Shown: piece by piece, positions 21,204-30,396 of the stretch
Numbering within the stretch: position 1 is the stretch's first letter
How the letters are laid out: each line of letters starts with the position of its first letter
Source of the DNA: a virus
Lineage: Duplodnaviria > Caudoviricetes
DNA: 62,152 nucleotides
Direction: 5' to 3' (one strand)
IMG/VR virus record: IMGVR_UViG_3300033153_008214
Coordinates: 1-62,152 of that record
Made by a program: the position numbers and the translations under genes
The notes under the pieces: generated by a model
What the model was told of the DNA's origin: nothing
Database searches by the model: none
What the model saw: the letters and a program-made list of their open reading frames with translations, nothing else

Positions 21204-23786
21204 ATGAGTTATTATTCTACATTTGGACCTAATCTAATTGCTAAAGCTAGTCATAGTGAAGACCTTGGGTTGACGTTTGACTTACCTTTAAGTAAAGGTG
21301 GTCCAAGCCAACTACCTACAAATATGACGGTAGATGGATATGAAGTTGCTCCTACTTTTAGGTATAGTTCCTTAGGGGTTAGAGAAAATCTCTTAGGTTA
21401 TACTGAAGACTTTAGTAATGGAGCATGGAACAAGACGAATGTATCTGTTGATTCAAATGTTGTGATAGACCCTCTTGGTACTACACTTGGAGATGGTATT
21501 AGTGCCACTACTTCTGGGTTAAGGTATGTTAATGATGCAGGTGTTGGCGTAGTTGGGGAAGTTTATACTGCTTCAGTGCATTTAAAAGCTGGGGCGAGTG
21601 ATTGGGTATATCTGTATATAAGTTCAGGCCTTAGTATAGGATTGTCATTCAATCTTTCGAATGGCACAGTTGGTTCAACGGTGCCTCAGGAGATACTTGG
21701 CCATACTATGACCGAGGCAGGTAACGGTTGGTATAGATGTTCAGTTACATTTGTAACGAATAGTACGACTATCGATCCAAGATACTATGTAAGTGAGTTA
21801 GAGGATGATTATACCACTACAACCATATACAACACCCCTGGATTTTACATATGGGGGGCCCAGCTTAATAGCGGCCCACTAATTCCTTATTATGATGCAG
21901 GTAAAGCATCTACTGGACCTAATCGTATCTGGTTGGCAGATGTTGGCCCAGATTTAGATTATTCTGGTTCTGGTGATGATATGCTTATAAGGCCAGGACC
22001 TTTTACTGATGGGGCTCCGATAATAAAGCTAAATGGAGGGAAGCACTTTATTTCTCCAACTGGCGTTGCAGGTCCTGGAACAAAAGATACGGCAATAGAG
22101 ATCGTAATTATGAATGAGTTTTCTAATGCAGGAGTCCCATTTGAGTGGGCAGATTCAGCAGCTTCATCTCCTCGCGTAGAGTGCTATACTTATAGCCCTA
22201 GTTTTAATGCGCCACAATTCGGCGGACTTACAAGTACTGGGAACTCTCTTGGGGGAGTAAGAGGTTCTAATCGTGATGGGATGTTGCACCAGATCTCTTT
22301 TGCGGATAATTCTGAGCTTACAACTACTGGCACTCGTGCCGTTTCAAATGGAGCGGGAGACACCTATACGAGTATTGGGGGAGCTAATAATATAAACGTT
22401 AATATGACAAGCTCTGCAAAGATCTCGATCGGAGCACGAATAAGTGGTGCTGGCCCAGCAGATGAAGCTTACATATTAATATCTTTTTATAGTTCGGCAG
22501 ATTGGTTTCCTGGAGGTGCAAGTGCTGATGATGCAGCATATAAAGAAACTACTAAGCGCCGCTCAGCTCAAGTTATGGGAGTCTATCCATTTATGGCACT
22601 GGGGGATAAGACTCCTACTACAGCGACTCGCACATCAAATAATAGTTTTATGGATATTCAAGATGCTTCTGGCTATAGAACAATGCATCAAGTAGCTAAG
22701 GGCTGGATGCGGGTTTGTACTCGCCCAAATGCTGATGGGTCCGATACGATGACCGGATACCTTTCTGAAGAAGCAGCTACACAGCAAGTAGACTATACGG
22801 ATGACATTACTCTGTGGACTACCACAAGGTGCTCTGCCATAGACGGGTACGAGGTATTTACTCCGTATACTGATGCTGCCGCTTGGGGAATGATTCCAGA
22901 TGATACGACGACAGATGAAAGGTATTTTGGAAATGGAGCTGTACCATCTTCTGGTACAGGGTGGATGTCTGTTTGGGTAAAAGCAGGAGCTGTTGACTGG
23001 TGTGCATTACGCATTTCAACATCTGTGAGTCTTGCTATTAAATACTTTGATTTATCCGGCTCAGGAGCTGTAGGCTCAAGCGTTGGCACAGAAGTTTTAG
23101 ATGCTTTTATTGAGGACTGGGGGGCTGGGTGGTTCCGATGTTGCATGAAGTATACAAATGGAACTACAGGAACTTCAACCGTATATGCTGCCGAAGCAGA
23201 CCTTGATGCCCAAATATCACCTGCCAATATTACTGATCCTCTCATACACGTAGCTTTTCCGCAGATTGAAAATGGTTCTGAAATCCCATCCAGTTATATT
23301 AACAATCCTTCTACAGGAACTGTGACTAGGATAAAAGATTACTTGATGTTTGATGCAGCCGGAGATAATGTAGACATTTCTACCGCAGGTACAATGGAAA
23401 TAAGTGTAATGTATAATGATGCGTTGGAAGGTCATACATCATACAACATGACGCTATGTAAGGATGGTGCTTCGCCACAAATTCTATTATATGGACATGC
23501 GTCTAACTATGCTGGTTCAGAAGGTTACTCACCATCTATCCAATGGGTGCATGGCGCTGGAGGTTCTGATATCACTGATGGGTATAGACATGATAGTAAG
23601 GTTTCATTCACTACTAATGAGACCAAATTATATGTAGATAATTCTCAAGTAGGGGCTACGGATACTTCTGTAGATATGGGAACGTTTGATGAAGTAAATG
23701 AAATTAGAATAGGTGTAGCAACCAATGGTTTAGGTCAGTCAAATGCATTACTTTCTAGAGTTAAAGTTTACAATAAGGTAAAATAA
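21204..23786 (+). CDS. Virion spike/fibre protein with lectin-like domains, paralog 2
   Basis: Start corrected to MSYYS at 21204 (agga upstream; matches the paralog start). Colinear with 3986-6598 from N-terminus to the final YNKVK. 3 DGY. Confidence 0.65.
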   Translation: MSYYSTFGPNLIAKASHSEDLGLTFDLPLSKGGPSQLPTNMTVDGYEVAPTFRYSSLGVRENLLGYTEDFSNGAWNKTNVSVDSNVVIDPLGTTLGDGISATTSGLRYVNDAGVGVVGEVYTASVHLKAGASDWVYLYISSGLSIGLSFNLSNGTVGSTVPQEILGHTMTEAGNGWYRCSVTFVTNSTTIDPRYYVSELEDDYTTTTIYNTPGFYIWGAQLNSGPLIPYYDAGKASTGPNRIWLADVGPDLDYSGSGDDMLIRPGPFTDGAPIIKLNGGKHFISPTGVAGPGTKDTAIEIVIMNEFSNAGVPFEWADSAASSPRVECYTYSPSFNAPQFGGLTSTGNSLGGVRGSNRDGMLHQISFADNSELTTTGTRAVSNGAGDTYTSIGGANNINVNMTSSAKISIGARISGAGPADEAYILISFYSSADWFPGGASADDAAYKETTKRRSAQVMGVYPFMALGDKTPTTATRTSNNSFMDIQDASGYRTMHQVAKGWMRVCTRPNADGSDTMTGYLSEEAATQQVDYTDDITLWTTTRCSAIDGYEVFTPYTDAAAWGMIPDDTTTDERYFGNGAVPSSGTGWMSVWVKAGAVDWCALRISTSVSLAIKYFDLSGSGAVGSSVGTEVLDAFIEDWGAGWFRCCMKYTNGTTGTSTVYAAEADLDAQISPANITDPLIHVAFPQIENGSEIPSSYINNPSTGTVTRIKDYLMFDAAGDNVDISTAGTMEISVMYNDALEGHTSYNMTLCKDGASPQILLYGHASNYAGSEGYSPSIQWVHGAGGSDITDGYRHDSKVSFTTNETKLYVDNSQVGATDTSVDMGTFDEVNEIRIGVATNGLGQSNALLSRVKVYNKVK

Positions 23787-23816
23787 GATAATCTTGTACA
23801 AGTTAAGGTGTAAAAT

Positions 23817-26648
23817 ATGGCAGCAATAACAGGTAGACTTACAATTAATGGTTCTCACTACTTAGAAGTAGCAGCAAATCCTTCTGATGGTACAGTTGCG
23901 GCTGTAGGCTCACTGGCTACTGTAAGCGATGGCAGTGGATTGTATTTGAAAACAGGGGCAGGCGATACTGCCTGGACTGTTATGGCTTCAGGGAGTCTCT
24001 CAGGTAGTGGTGCCACGAATAAGGTAGCTTATTGGTCTGGTGCTAGTACGCTTACTTCTGATACTGATTTACACTGGGATAATACTAATAATCGGCTTGG
24101 AGTGGGAACATCACCTTCTTACGCAGTGCATGTTACTTCCCCGCCTACTTCTAATATTGGTATAGCTTATGAGCCAAGCTCTATTGCCGCCAATGATAGA
24201 CTATATTATGGTGCAGTAGCTGGCGGAGCTAATCAGGTTTATCCATTTTATTTTGATACTTCGTCAACCGGCGGCGCTCAAGGTCATATATTTAATAGTA
24301 CTGGTGCAGCTATACTTGGTTTGCAGACTTCAGAAGCAGCTTCCTATGTGTATACTTTGTATGACCAGAATTCTAACTACTGGACTACAGGGGTAGATGG
24401 GGGAGATAGTAATAAGTTTAAGATATCAGCGAGTAGTTATCCTGGTGCAAATGATTATTTCGTAGTAGGGTCTGACGGTTATTTCTTTTTAGGTACAACA
24501 GCTTCTATTTCTGACACAATTAGTCAAGTTACAATTGCAAACACTGATAATGATATTCCGACGCTAAACTTAACAAGCAACACTGCTGTTACAGGCAACT
24601 CAAGTTTATGGCTAACTACTGGTACAACAAACCCTGGGTCAAAGTTTGGATTCTTTTTAAAGAATGATGGTACAGATGATGAACTATCAATTGGTAGAAA
24701 TAATGATGGTGCTACTGATATTGAAGTTTTCAAAATAAAGAGAAGTAATAGCAAGATTGTAATGGGCACATCTCAAGATGCAGGAACAGGAGATATAGAG
24801 ACAGACTCAACTTATAATTTTAGAATTGGGTATAGTGATACATATGCTGCAAATACGACTTTAGGAGTCATGCAAAGTACTTCTTCTGTAAATGATCCAC
24901 ACTCTTTATTAGCTTTACAGTTAGATCGAGATGGGACTACTTTTGGAAATCCAGGTTGGGGCCCAAGATTGGATTTCAGAGTGTCAAATGATACTGTTGG
25001 GAGACCAGGATACAGAATTGCAAGTATTGATGCAGTTATTCCATATTCCCACTCAGGACAACAATGGGGAAGGTTAAATTTTTACACTGCTGATGAAGCT
25101 GAGCCGACATTAAAAATGTCAATAAATCCAGACGGTTATGTTGGCATAGGTGTAGAGGATGCGACTAGAAAACTTTTAGAGATTAGCACTCCAAATACGC
25201 AAGGGGCTGGAATCGCCTTAGTGAATAGTTCCACCTCAATAGTAGCAAATGATATAGTTGGGTCAGTAGATTTTTACAGTGATGACCTAGCTTTAAGTGG
25301 AGATGGTCAGAATCGAGCATCAATATGGGCTGAGTCTACGGATGCTGCTGCAACGACATTGCTAAAGTTGGAGGTAAATTCATCTGTCTCTATAGATACC
25401 AAGAGAGGGGTCTCTATAAATGAAAATGGGTATTTCGGAATTGGAACGATAGAAGATCCCCAGGAACATCTACATATTCAAGGTAGAACTGGACTAGCTT
25501 CAAATATTCTCTTAGAAGCAACCACCATTAGTCAGTTCGCACAAGTAGGAGATATTAAGTTTACTGCTTCATCAGGGACAAATAGCCCGGCCAATATAAC
25601 AGGCTTTTATAGAGATGTCTCAGGTAATATCGATTTAAGATTTTCATCTGGTACTGGCGGGACTGCGGACAGCACTTTGGTAGTAGGGCCTAATAAGGTT
25701 TTTGCAGGAGATGTAACGTATTCCACAGCATCTACTGGTACAGAGATGAATGTTGTAAAGGTTGATGCGCCACCTATCTTAACTATTATGCGAGATGATA
25801 GTTCTATATCTGCTGGAAATGACTTAGGAGGTATAAAAGTCGGTACGGATACAGATATAGGTGGGTTAATTGCCTTTGGAGCACAAAATGATTGGAGTAC
25901 GGGCAACTTACAATCGACATTCATGTATATAAACCTTCAAGACAATACATCTACAGACACTCTTCTAGAATACTCTTTAACTTTATCTAAGGATAAAATC
26001 GCTACAGGGACTGTAACTACGACAGGTGACACTTATTTGCATTTACATGCAGATGGGTACGTTGGCCTTATACTTGATGCTGATACAGTTAATAACAGTC
26101 CTACTGGTGAGCCAAGTCCCTTTATAGAAATGCTATCTGACGGAGGAGCTGTTAGCTATTATCTTGGTGGCGTTAGTGGTGGTGGAGATACTGCCGTTGG
26201 TGGCGTTACAAGTGCGACTCAAAATGCATTATTAGTTGGAACCACAAGCGCCTATAAAACACAGCTTTTTACGGACTCTGTAGTTAGAATGGACATTGAT
26301 GCTAATGGTAGAGTAACGTGGCCTAATGCTGGGGGCCAAGTACCAGTTGCCTGGGCCATGTTAAGCATAAGCAGTGGTTCTGTAACAGTAAGTGAGGATA
26401 TTTATATTGGAAGTGTCTCAACCAGTGGTGTTGATATGACAGTTAACTTCTCAGTAACTAGAGCAAATTCGAATTATGTTGTATTAAGTGGTACAGACAA
26501 TAATACAAACTCTATTGCTCAAACAATGACTTCTACTGAAGGCACTGGAAGTTTTTTACTACATTGGTATAATTTTTCAGGAACTATACAGAACTGGTCA
26601 AGTTACTCTGGCAGAATTTATATAACTGTGTTTGACATGGAGCCATAG
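23817..26648 (+). CDS. Tail fibre protein
   Basis: GSGATNKVAYW...LHWDNTNNRLGVGT shaft motif and repeated G.VGIG..P...L motifs. C-terminal VAWA...VNFS..RANSNYVV receptor-binding-like tip. 3 DGY. Confidence 0.7.
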   Translation: MAAITGRLTINGSHYLEVAANPSDGTVAAVGSLATVSDGSGLYLKTGAGDTAWTVMASGSLSGSGATNKVAYWSGASTLTSDTDLHWDNTNNRLGVGTSPSYAVHVTSPPTSNIGIAYEPSSIAANDRLYYGAVAGGANQVYPFYFDTSSTGGAQGHIFNSTGAAILGLQTSEAASYVYTLYDQNSNYWTTGVDGGDSNKFKISASSYPGANDYFVVGSDGYFFLGTTASISDTISQVTIANTDNDIPTLNLTSNTAVTGNSSLWLTTGTTNPGSKFGFFLKNDGTDDELSIGRNNDGATDIEVFKIKRSNSKIVMGTSQDAGTGDIETDSTYNFRIGYSDTYAANTTLGVMQSTSSVNDPHSLLALQLDRDGTTFGNPGWGPRLDFRVSNDTVGRPGYRIASIDAVIPYSHSGQQWGRLNFYTADEAEPTLKMSINPDGYVGIGVEDATRKLLEISTPNTQGAGIALVNSSTSIVANDIVGSVDFYSDDLALSGDGQNRASIWAESTDAAATTLLKLEVNSSVSIDTKRGVSINENGYFGIGTIEDPQEHLHIQGRTGLASNILLEATTISQFAQVGDIKFTASSGTNSPANITGFYRDVSGNIDLRFSSGTGGTADSTLVVGPNKVFAGDVTYSTASTGTEMNVVKVDAPPILTIMRDDSSISAGNDLGGIKVGTDTDIGGLIAFGAQNDWSTGNLQSTFMYINLQDNTSTDTLLEYSLTLSKDKIATGTVTTTGDTYLHLHADGYVGLILDADTVNNSPTGEPSPFIEMLSDGGAVSYYLGGVSGGGDTAVGGVTSATQNALLVGTTSAYKTQLFTDSVVRMDIDANGRVTWPNAGGQVPVAWAMLSISSGSVTVSEDIYIGSVSTSGVDMTVNFSVTRANSNYVVLSGTDNNTNSIAQTMTSTEGTGSFLLHWYNFSGTIQNWSSYSGRIYITVFDMEP

Positions 26649-26656
26649 GAGATATT

Positions 26657-27304
26657 ATGAATAGAATCCTTTTTTTCTTAAGCGGGTCTGATTATAGTTC
26701 CTACCATACATCTGACCAAAATTATGAAAAGTTTTTCTCAGCTTACTTCTCTAAAAACGGTGTAGTTCCGGACGGATATTGCTTTGCTGATGTGGCAAAT
26801 TTGCCATCCATTTGGGACATTAATCGGGACTTTACTTTCTTGACAGATGGTTACGAAGGATATTACAGATTTGGAGAGTTTACAGGTCATAATTTCTACG
26901 CATCTGTGAACCTATTAAGCTCTGAGAAAAATATAGTTCGATTGGACGTAGAGAGAACAGTTGGGGAAAAAATTGGTACTGGTTTTGCATTTGCAGGACA
27001 ACAATTCAGCCTCAGTCAAAACGCACAATTAAAGTGGAGTGGTTTATTTGCATCAAAGGATTTTCTAACTTATCCTATAAACGTATCTAATATCGATGAT
27101 ACTGATGGATATGATATTCTAGATGCAAGTGCTGTGACTGCTATGTATCTGGCTGGAGTTACGGTGGTTCGTCAAGCTTTAGATAATGGAAATTCTGTAA
27201 AAGTTCAGATTAGGAACTGTGACAGCTTGCAAAATCTGGATGATATAATTGACGCAAATTTTAATAGTAGTGATGCCATTAGGTTAAAGTACCGGATTTC
27301 TTAA
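26657..27304 (+). CDS. Putative tail fibre assembly protein (DUF4376-like C-terminal domain)
   Basis: Follows a fibre gene. GFAFAGQQFSLSQNAQLKW...KVQIRNCDSLQNLDDI resembles DUF4376-type chaperones. 3 DGY. Confidence 0.5.
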   Translation: MNRILFFLSGSDYSSYHTSDQNYEKFFSAYFSKNGVVPDGYCFADVANLPSIWDINRDFTFLTDGYEGYYRFGEFTGHNFYASVNLLSSEKNIVRLDVERTVGEKIGTGFAFAGQQFSLSQNAQLKWSGLFASKDFLTYPINVSNIDDTDGYDILDASAVTAMYLAGVTVVRQALDNGNSVKVQIRNCDSLQNLDDIIDANFNSSDAIRLKYRIS

Positions 27305-27378
27305 TTAGTCAGAGAAGAATCTGAAAAAATGTATATATCAACTGGGGAAACATTCCCCTTCATGAAGGAGAATTTAAA

Positions 27379-27648
27379 ATGGAAGAGTTAAACGTAGAAG
27401 CAATCAATGAATTTTTACAGGCTGAGCATGATGACCAGTTTAAGACGGCCTTGAAGACCAAGTGTCTTGCGGCAGATGCAGCCCTTAAGGAGGCCGTAGC
27501 GTCTCGTGAGGAGGCCGTAGAGGAGGCTAACAAGCTGCAGGAGAAGCTCAATACCCTCGGGTCTGAGATTGTACGCCTTAATGGTGTAATGCAGGGCCAG
27601 GTTGAGCTTATCGATGAGCTGGTAGGAACAGCCACCTCAGAGGGCTAA
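27379..27648 (+). CDS. Small coiled-coil protein, paralog of 29292-29591
   Basis: RBS aaggag. Heptad pattern. FL..E......LKTK and ELI motifs are shared with the paralog. Confidence 0.65.
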   Translation: MEELNVEAINEFLQAEHDDQFKTALKTKCLAADAALKEAVASREEAVEEANKLQEKLNTLGSEIVRLNGVMQGQVELIDELVGTATSEG

Positions 27649-27668
27649 TATAAAAGTTTAAAATTTAC

Positions 27669-27712
27669 GGCCCCTCTATTAAAAATTATGGATTAATAGA
27701 GGGGCCTTTTTT
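27669..27712 (+). terminator. Rho-independent terminator
   Basis: Perfect 14-bp inverted repeat ggcccctctattaa / ttaatagaggggcc followed by T6. Confidence 0.8.
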
Positions 27713-28255
27713 ATGAGTACAGTTTATCCAAATGCTATCGATGGCAATACACAGCTGCCATTAATCGTAGATAATGTTAATGCATTGCAGGCAAATGACG
27801 TTAATCGCATCCGAAATGCTGTAATTGCTGTAGAGGCTGAACTTGGGATTAACCCAAGTAGTACAAGTGGTACTGTCAAAGATAGAATGGATGTATTAGA
27901 AGGTCTGGTAGAAGGGCTTACGGGAGTCAGTGTAGTAGATATTACGGTTGATTTCATTTCAGGCATGATTGAAACCCCTGTAGATAAAACGTATTACATA
28001 GTTAGTAATATACCATATGCGGGGTATATAGATTCTATAGTGACTCAGTCTACTTCTGGAACATGTACGCTGACCGTAGAATTAAATGGTACTCCGCTTG
28101 GTGGAACTGCAAATTCAGTAAGTAGCACGGAAGAGATCCAGGTACACACCAGTGCGAATACATTTTCATCTGGTGACTCAGTAACTCTGGTCATTTCTGC
28201 AAATAATTCTACAGAGGACATGCGGTTCACAGCTAATATAATTAGGACTTCTTAG
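27713..28255 (+). CDS. Short virion fibre/adaptor with conserved YP..ID...LP N-terminal anchor
   Basis: MSTVYPNAIDGNTQLP...NAVIAVEAELGINP is shared with ORFs 36162, 40004 and 44640. Small beta-sandwich C-terminus. Confidence 0.6.
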   Translation: MSTVYPNAIDGNTQLPLIVDNVNALQANDVNRIRNAVIAVEAELGINPSSTSGTVKDRMDVLEGLVEGLTGVSVVDITVDFISGMIETPVDKTYYIVSNIPYAGYIDSIVTQSTSGTCTLTVELNGTPLGGTANSVSSTEEIQVHTSANTFSSGDSVTLVISANNSTEDMRFTANIIRTS

Positions 28256-28307
28256 CACTAGTTATGAGTAAGGTCTCTTAAAATAATCAATGAGAGCGAG
28301 TTAAAAT

Positions 28308-28469
28308 ATGCCAACATGGTTCTTCTTCACTAATCCACCACCAGCTCCAGCAGATTATGATGAAACATTCGATGTAGATTGGGATGACGCCATTCCAGTA
28401 CCAACACCATCATTTGCGACACCTGATTATAATGAAACATTTGACACTAGTTGGGATGGAACCCCTTAA
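28308..28469 (+). CDS. 53-aa small protein with two internal DY.ETFD..WD repeats (not in ORF track)
   Basis: Translated by hand: MPTWFFFTNPPPAPADYDETFDVDWDDAIPVPTPSFATPDYNETFDTSWDGTP. Its stop overlaps the RBS (taaggag) of the next gene. Confidence 0.65.
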   Translation: MPTWFFFTNPPPAPADYDETFDVDWDDAIPVPTPSFATPDYNETFDTSWDGTP

Positions 28470-28480
28470 GGAGACTAATT

Positions 28481-29197
28481 ATGGCACAAGCAGATTTTGA
28501 TTTTGAGTCTGGCGGCTTGGCTGGCGGCGCTTGGGTTGGTGGCGATGATGGCACTGCAAGATTACATGCTGGGTTATCAAGTCCGTTAACCGGAGAAGGG
28601 GACTATTGTAGAGATTTTTCAACCGTTAACACAACTCTGTATATTACAAAAGCGTCTATTAAGGCATCTGTAAGCGCAGGATTATTTGACGAAATCCCTT
28701 CAACTCAAGCCATTTCGGTTCGAGCATGGATAAGAGCGGAAGGATATACTAATGGCATTTCTATAGGAATTATTGCTAAATTGCATCCTACGTCTAATGG
28801 AAATGGTAGAGAAAATCCAGTGGGATATAACTTATTTGTCGGCGGAGCAGCTGATACGGCAAATAACAGTAATCTAAAACTTCATTTGCGAAAAGATAAC
28901 TCAACATATAAAAATGTATATTTAAACGCACTAACTATAAATACATGGTATAAAATACGACTAGATGTTATTCCAGTAGGCTCTTCTCAGGATATAGTAA
29001 AAGTCTACACTGGAGTAGGCGCAACTGGTTCTGAGACTTGGACCCTAGAACATACTGAAGTTATATTAAATACAGATCCTCATTATGTTCCATGGGCGCA
29101 GTCTGGCGGCGGCAAAATTGGATTTACTGCCAGGAATGAAGCTTCTACAGATTCAGTATATATTGACCGTTTTCAGGCTTTTGTTGAGACAGTATAA
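28481..29197 (+). CDS. Lectin/jelly-roll-like virion accessory protein
   Basis: Start corrected to 28481 (aaggag RBS). Beta-strand pattern with NTWYKIRLDV and VYIDRFQ, as in concanavalin-like folds. Confidence 0.5.
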   Translation: MAQADFDFESGGLAGGAWVGGDDGTARLHAGLSSPLTGEGDYCRDFSTVNTTLYITKASIKASVSAGLFDEIPSTQAISVRAWIRAEGYTNGISIGIIAKLHPTSNGNGRENPVGYNLFVGGAADTANNSNLKLHLRKDNSTYKNVYLNALTINTWYKIRLDVIPVGSSQDIVKVYTGVGATGSETWTLEHTEVILNTDPHYVPWAQSGGGKIGFTARNEASTDSVYIDRFQAFVETV

Positions 29198-29291
29198 CTC
29201 TATATGCCAATAAATAAAACTAAAGTAAACTTAGCTATCTAGCTGTAATTATACAGGTAGGTAGGATAACACAGTCTAGCAAGGAGTAAGA

Positions 29292-29591
29292 ATGACTGAA
29301 CAGGAAAGATTAGAAAACATTAGAAACTTTCTAAATAGAGAAGACCTTGAGGGTACAAACCTTAAGCTTAAAACCAAAGTAATCGATTTAGATAAGGAGC
29401 TGGCCCAAGCAAGACTTGATAATGAACAGCTTAAACAGAATCTTAAAGAAGCTCAATCTGCTATAAATAACAAAGGTATGCAGATAATGGGCCTCGCAGA
29501 ACGACTAGATGGACTATGTGAACTCATTGTAGATATAGAAAGTACCTTTCCAGTTGAAGAGTTAGAAGATACAGAGGATGATGATGAATGA
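29292..29591 (+). CDS. Small coiled-coil protein, paralog of 27379-27648
   Basis: RBS aaggag. Heptads and an acidic tail. Confidence 0.65.
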   Translation: MTEQERLENIRNFLNREDLEGTNLKLKTKVIDLDKELAQARLDNEQLKQNLKEAQSAINNKGMQIMGLAERLDGLCELIVDIESTFPVEELEDTEDDDE

Positions 29592-29835
29592 AAGAAAGCA
29601 AGGCACCGTTAGCGGTTGGAAGAAAACTTATGGATTTATCCGGGTTGATGGCAGTAATGAGCAAGATAAAGAGCTATTCGTTTATCATGAATGTATCAAG
29701 ATGACTGGATTTCGTGTTCTAAATCCTGGAGATAGAGTGTCCTTCCTACTTGGTGAAAATCATATGGGGCCTATGGCCATTGATGTAGAACTAGAACCAG
29801 ACGGACTGTCAGATGCAACTGGGCAGAATGATTAA
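29578..29835 (+). CDS. Cold-shock domain (OB-fold) nucleic-acid-binding protein
   Basis: GTVSGWKKTYGFI (RNP1-like), ELFVYH (RNP2-like), GFRVLNPGDRVSF...GPMAIDV. Confidence 0.85.
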   Translation: MMMNERKQGTVSGWKKTYGFIRVDGSNEQDKELFVYHECIKMTGFRVLNPGDRVSFLLGENHMGPMAIDVELEPDGLSDATGQND

Positions 29836-30329
29836 TGAAGTTAAAGAAAGCTAGTGCTTGGTATTATAACAAAGGTACTACCAATGTTGTTATAGATGAA
29901 CTAGGCATTATGCTTCACAAAGGTAAGGTAGTTGACTTATTCAAGATTAAGCCTGATTTAACTTGGGCCGCTTATCAAAAATCTGTAACTCTTGGTGTGT
30001 TAGCTCAAAAGCAAGATAAACTAATACACCTCCCAGGCCCTCCAGTTCCAAATCCAACCATTGCTACTACTGAATCTCAAGTAGTAATGGTTCCTATGCA
30101 GTCAAGAGCAAGAACAGCTCTAGTTATAGGTAACGATGAAGATGATTATATGGCCACTATTGAAGCTGAATTCCCAGCAAGTGACCAGCCAGTGCCACAA
30201 GAAGAGCTTTGGAATTCAGAAAGAGATAAGTATCTTAAAACATTGGATGCGTCAGAACAAGGAGAGGATGGAGAAGTCTTCTCAGATAACTTGTTCGATG
30301 AAGAATATCTAGCAGACCTTTCCGACTAA
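29835..30329 (+). CDS. Hypothetical protein with acidic C-terminus
   Basis: TAATG coupling to the cold-shock gene. Confidence 0.55.
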   Translation: MKLKKASAWYYNKGTTNVVIDELGIMLHKGKVVDLFKIKPDLTWAAYQKSVTLGVLAQKQDKLIHLPGPPVPNPTIATTESQVVMVPMQSRARTALVIGNDEDDYMATIEAEFPASDQPVPQEELWNSERDKYLKTLDASEQGEDGEVFSDNLFDEEYLADLSD

Positions 30330-30334
30330 ACTCC

Positions 30335-30352
30335 CTACTAATAATTATCATT
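30335..30352 (+). promoter_or_regulatory. Candidate phage late-promoter motif CTACTAATA
   Basis: ctactaataattatcatt in the gap before the neck gene. Confidence 0.35.
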
Positions 30353-30396
30353 TAAACTGCAACCTAATAGACGATAGTAACTTGCAGAGGACAGTT

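Noticed and set aside
3986-23786. Diversity-generating retroelement (TR/VR pair) behind the duplicated fibre blocks
   Set aside because: No reverse transcriptase in the window. The differences between copies are mostly synonymous and involve all bases rather than being adenine-specific, and both copies are inside intact ORFs.
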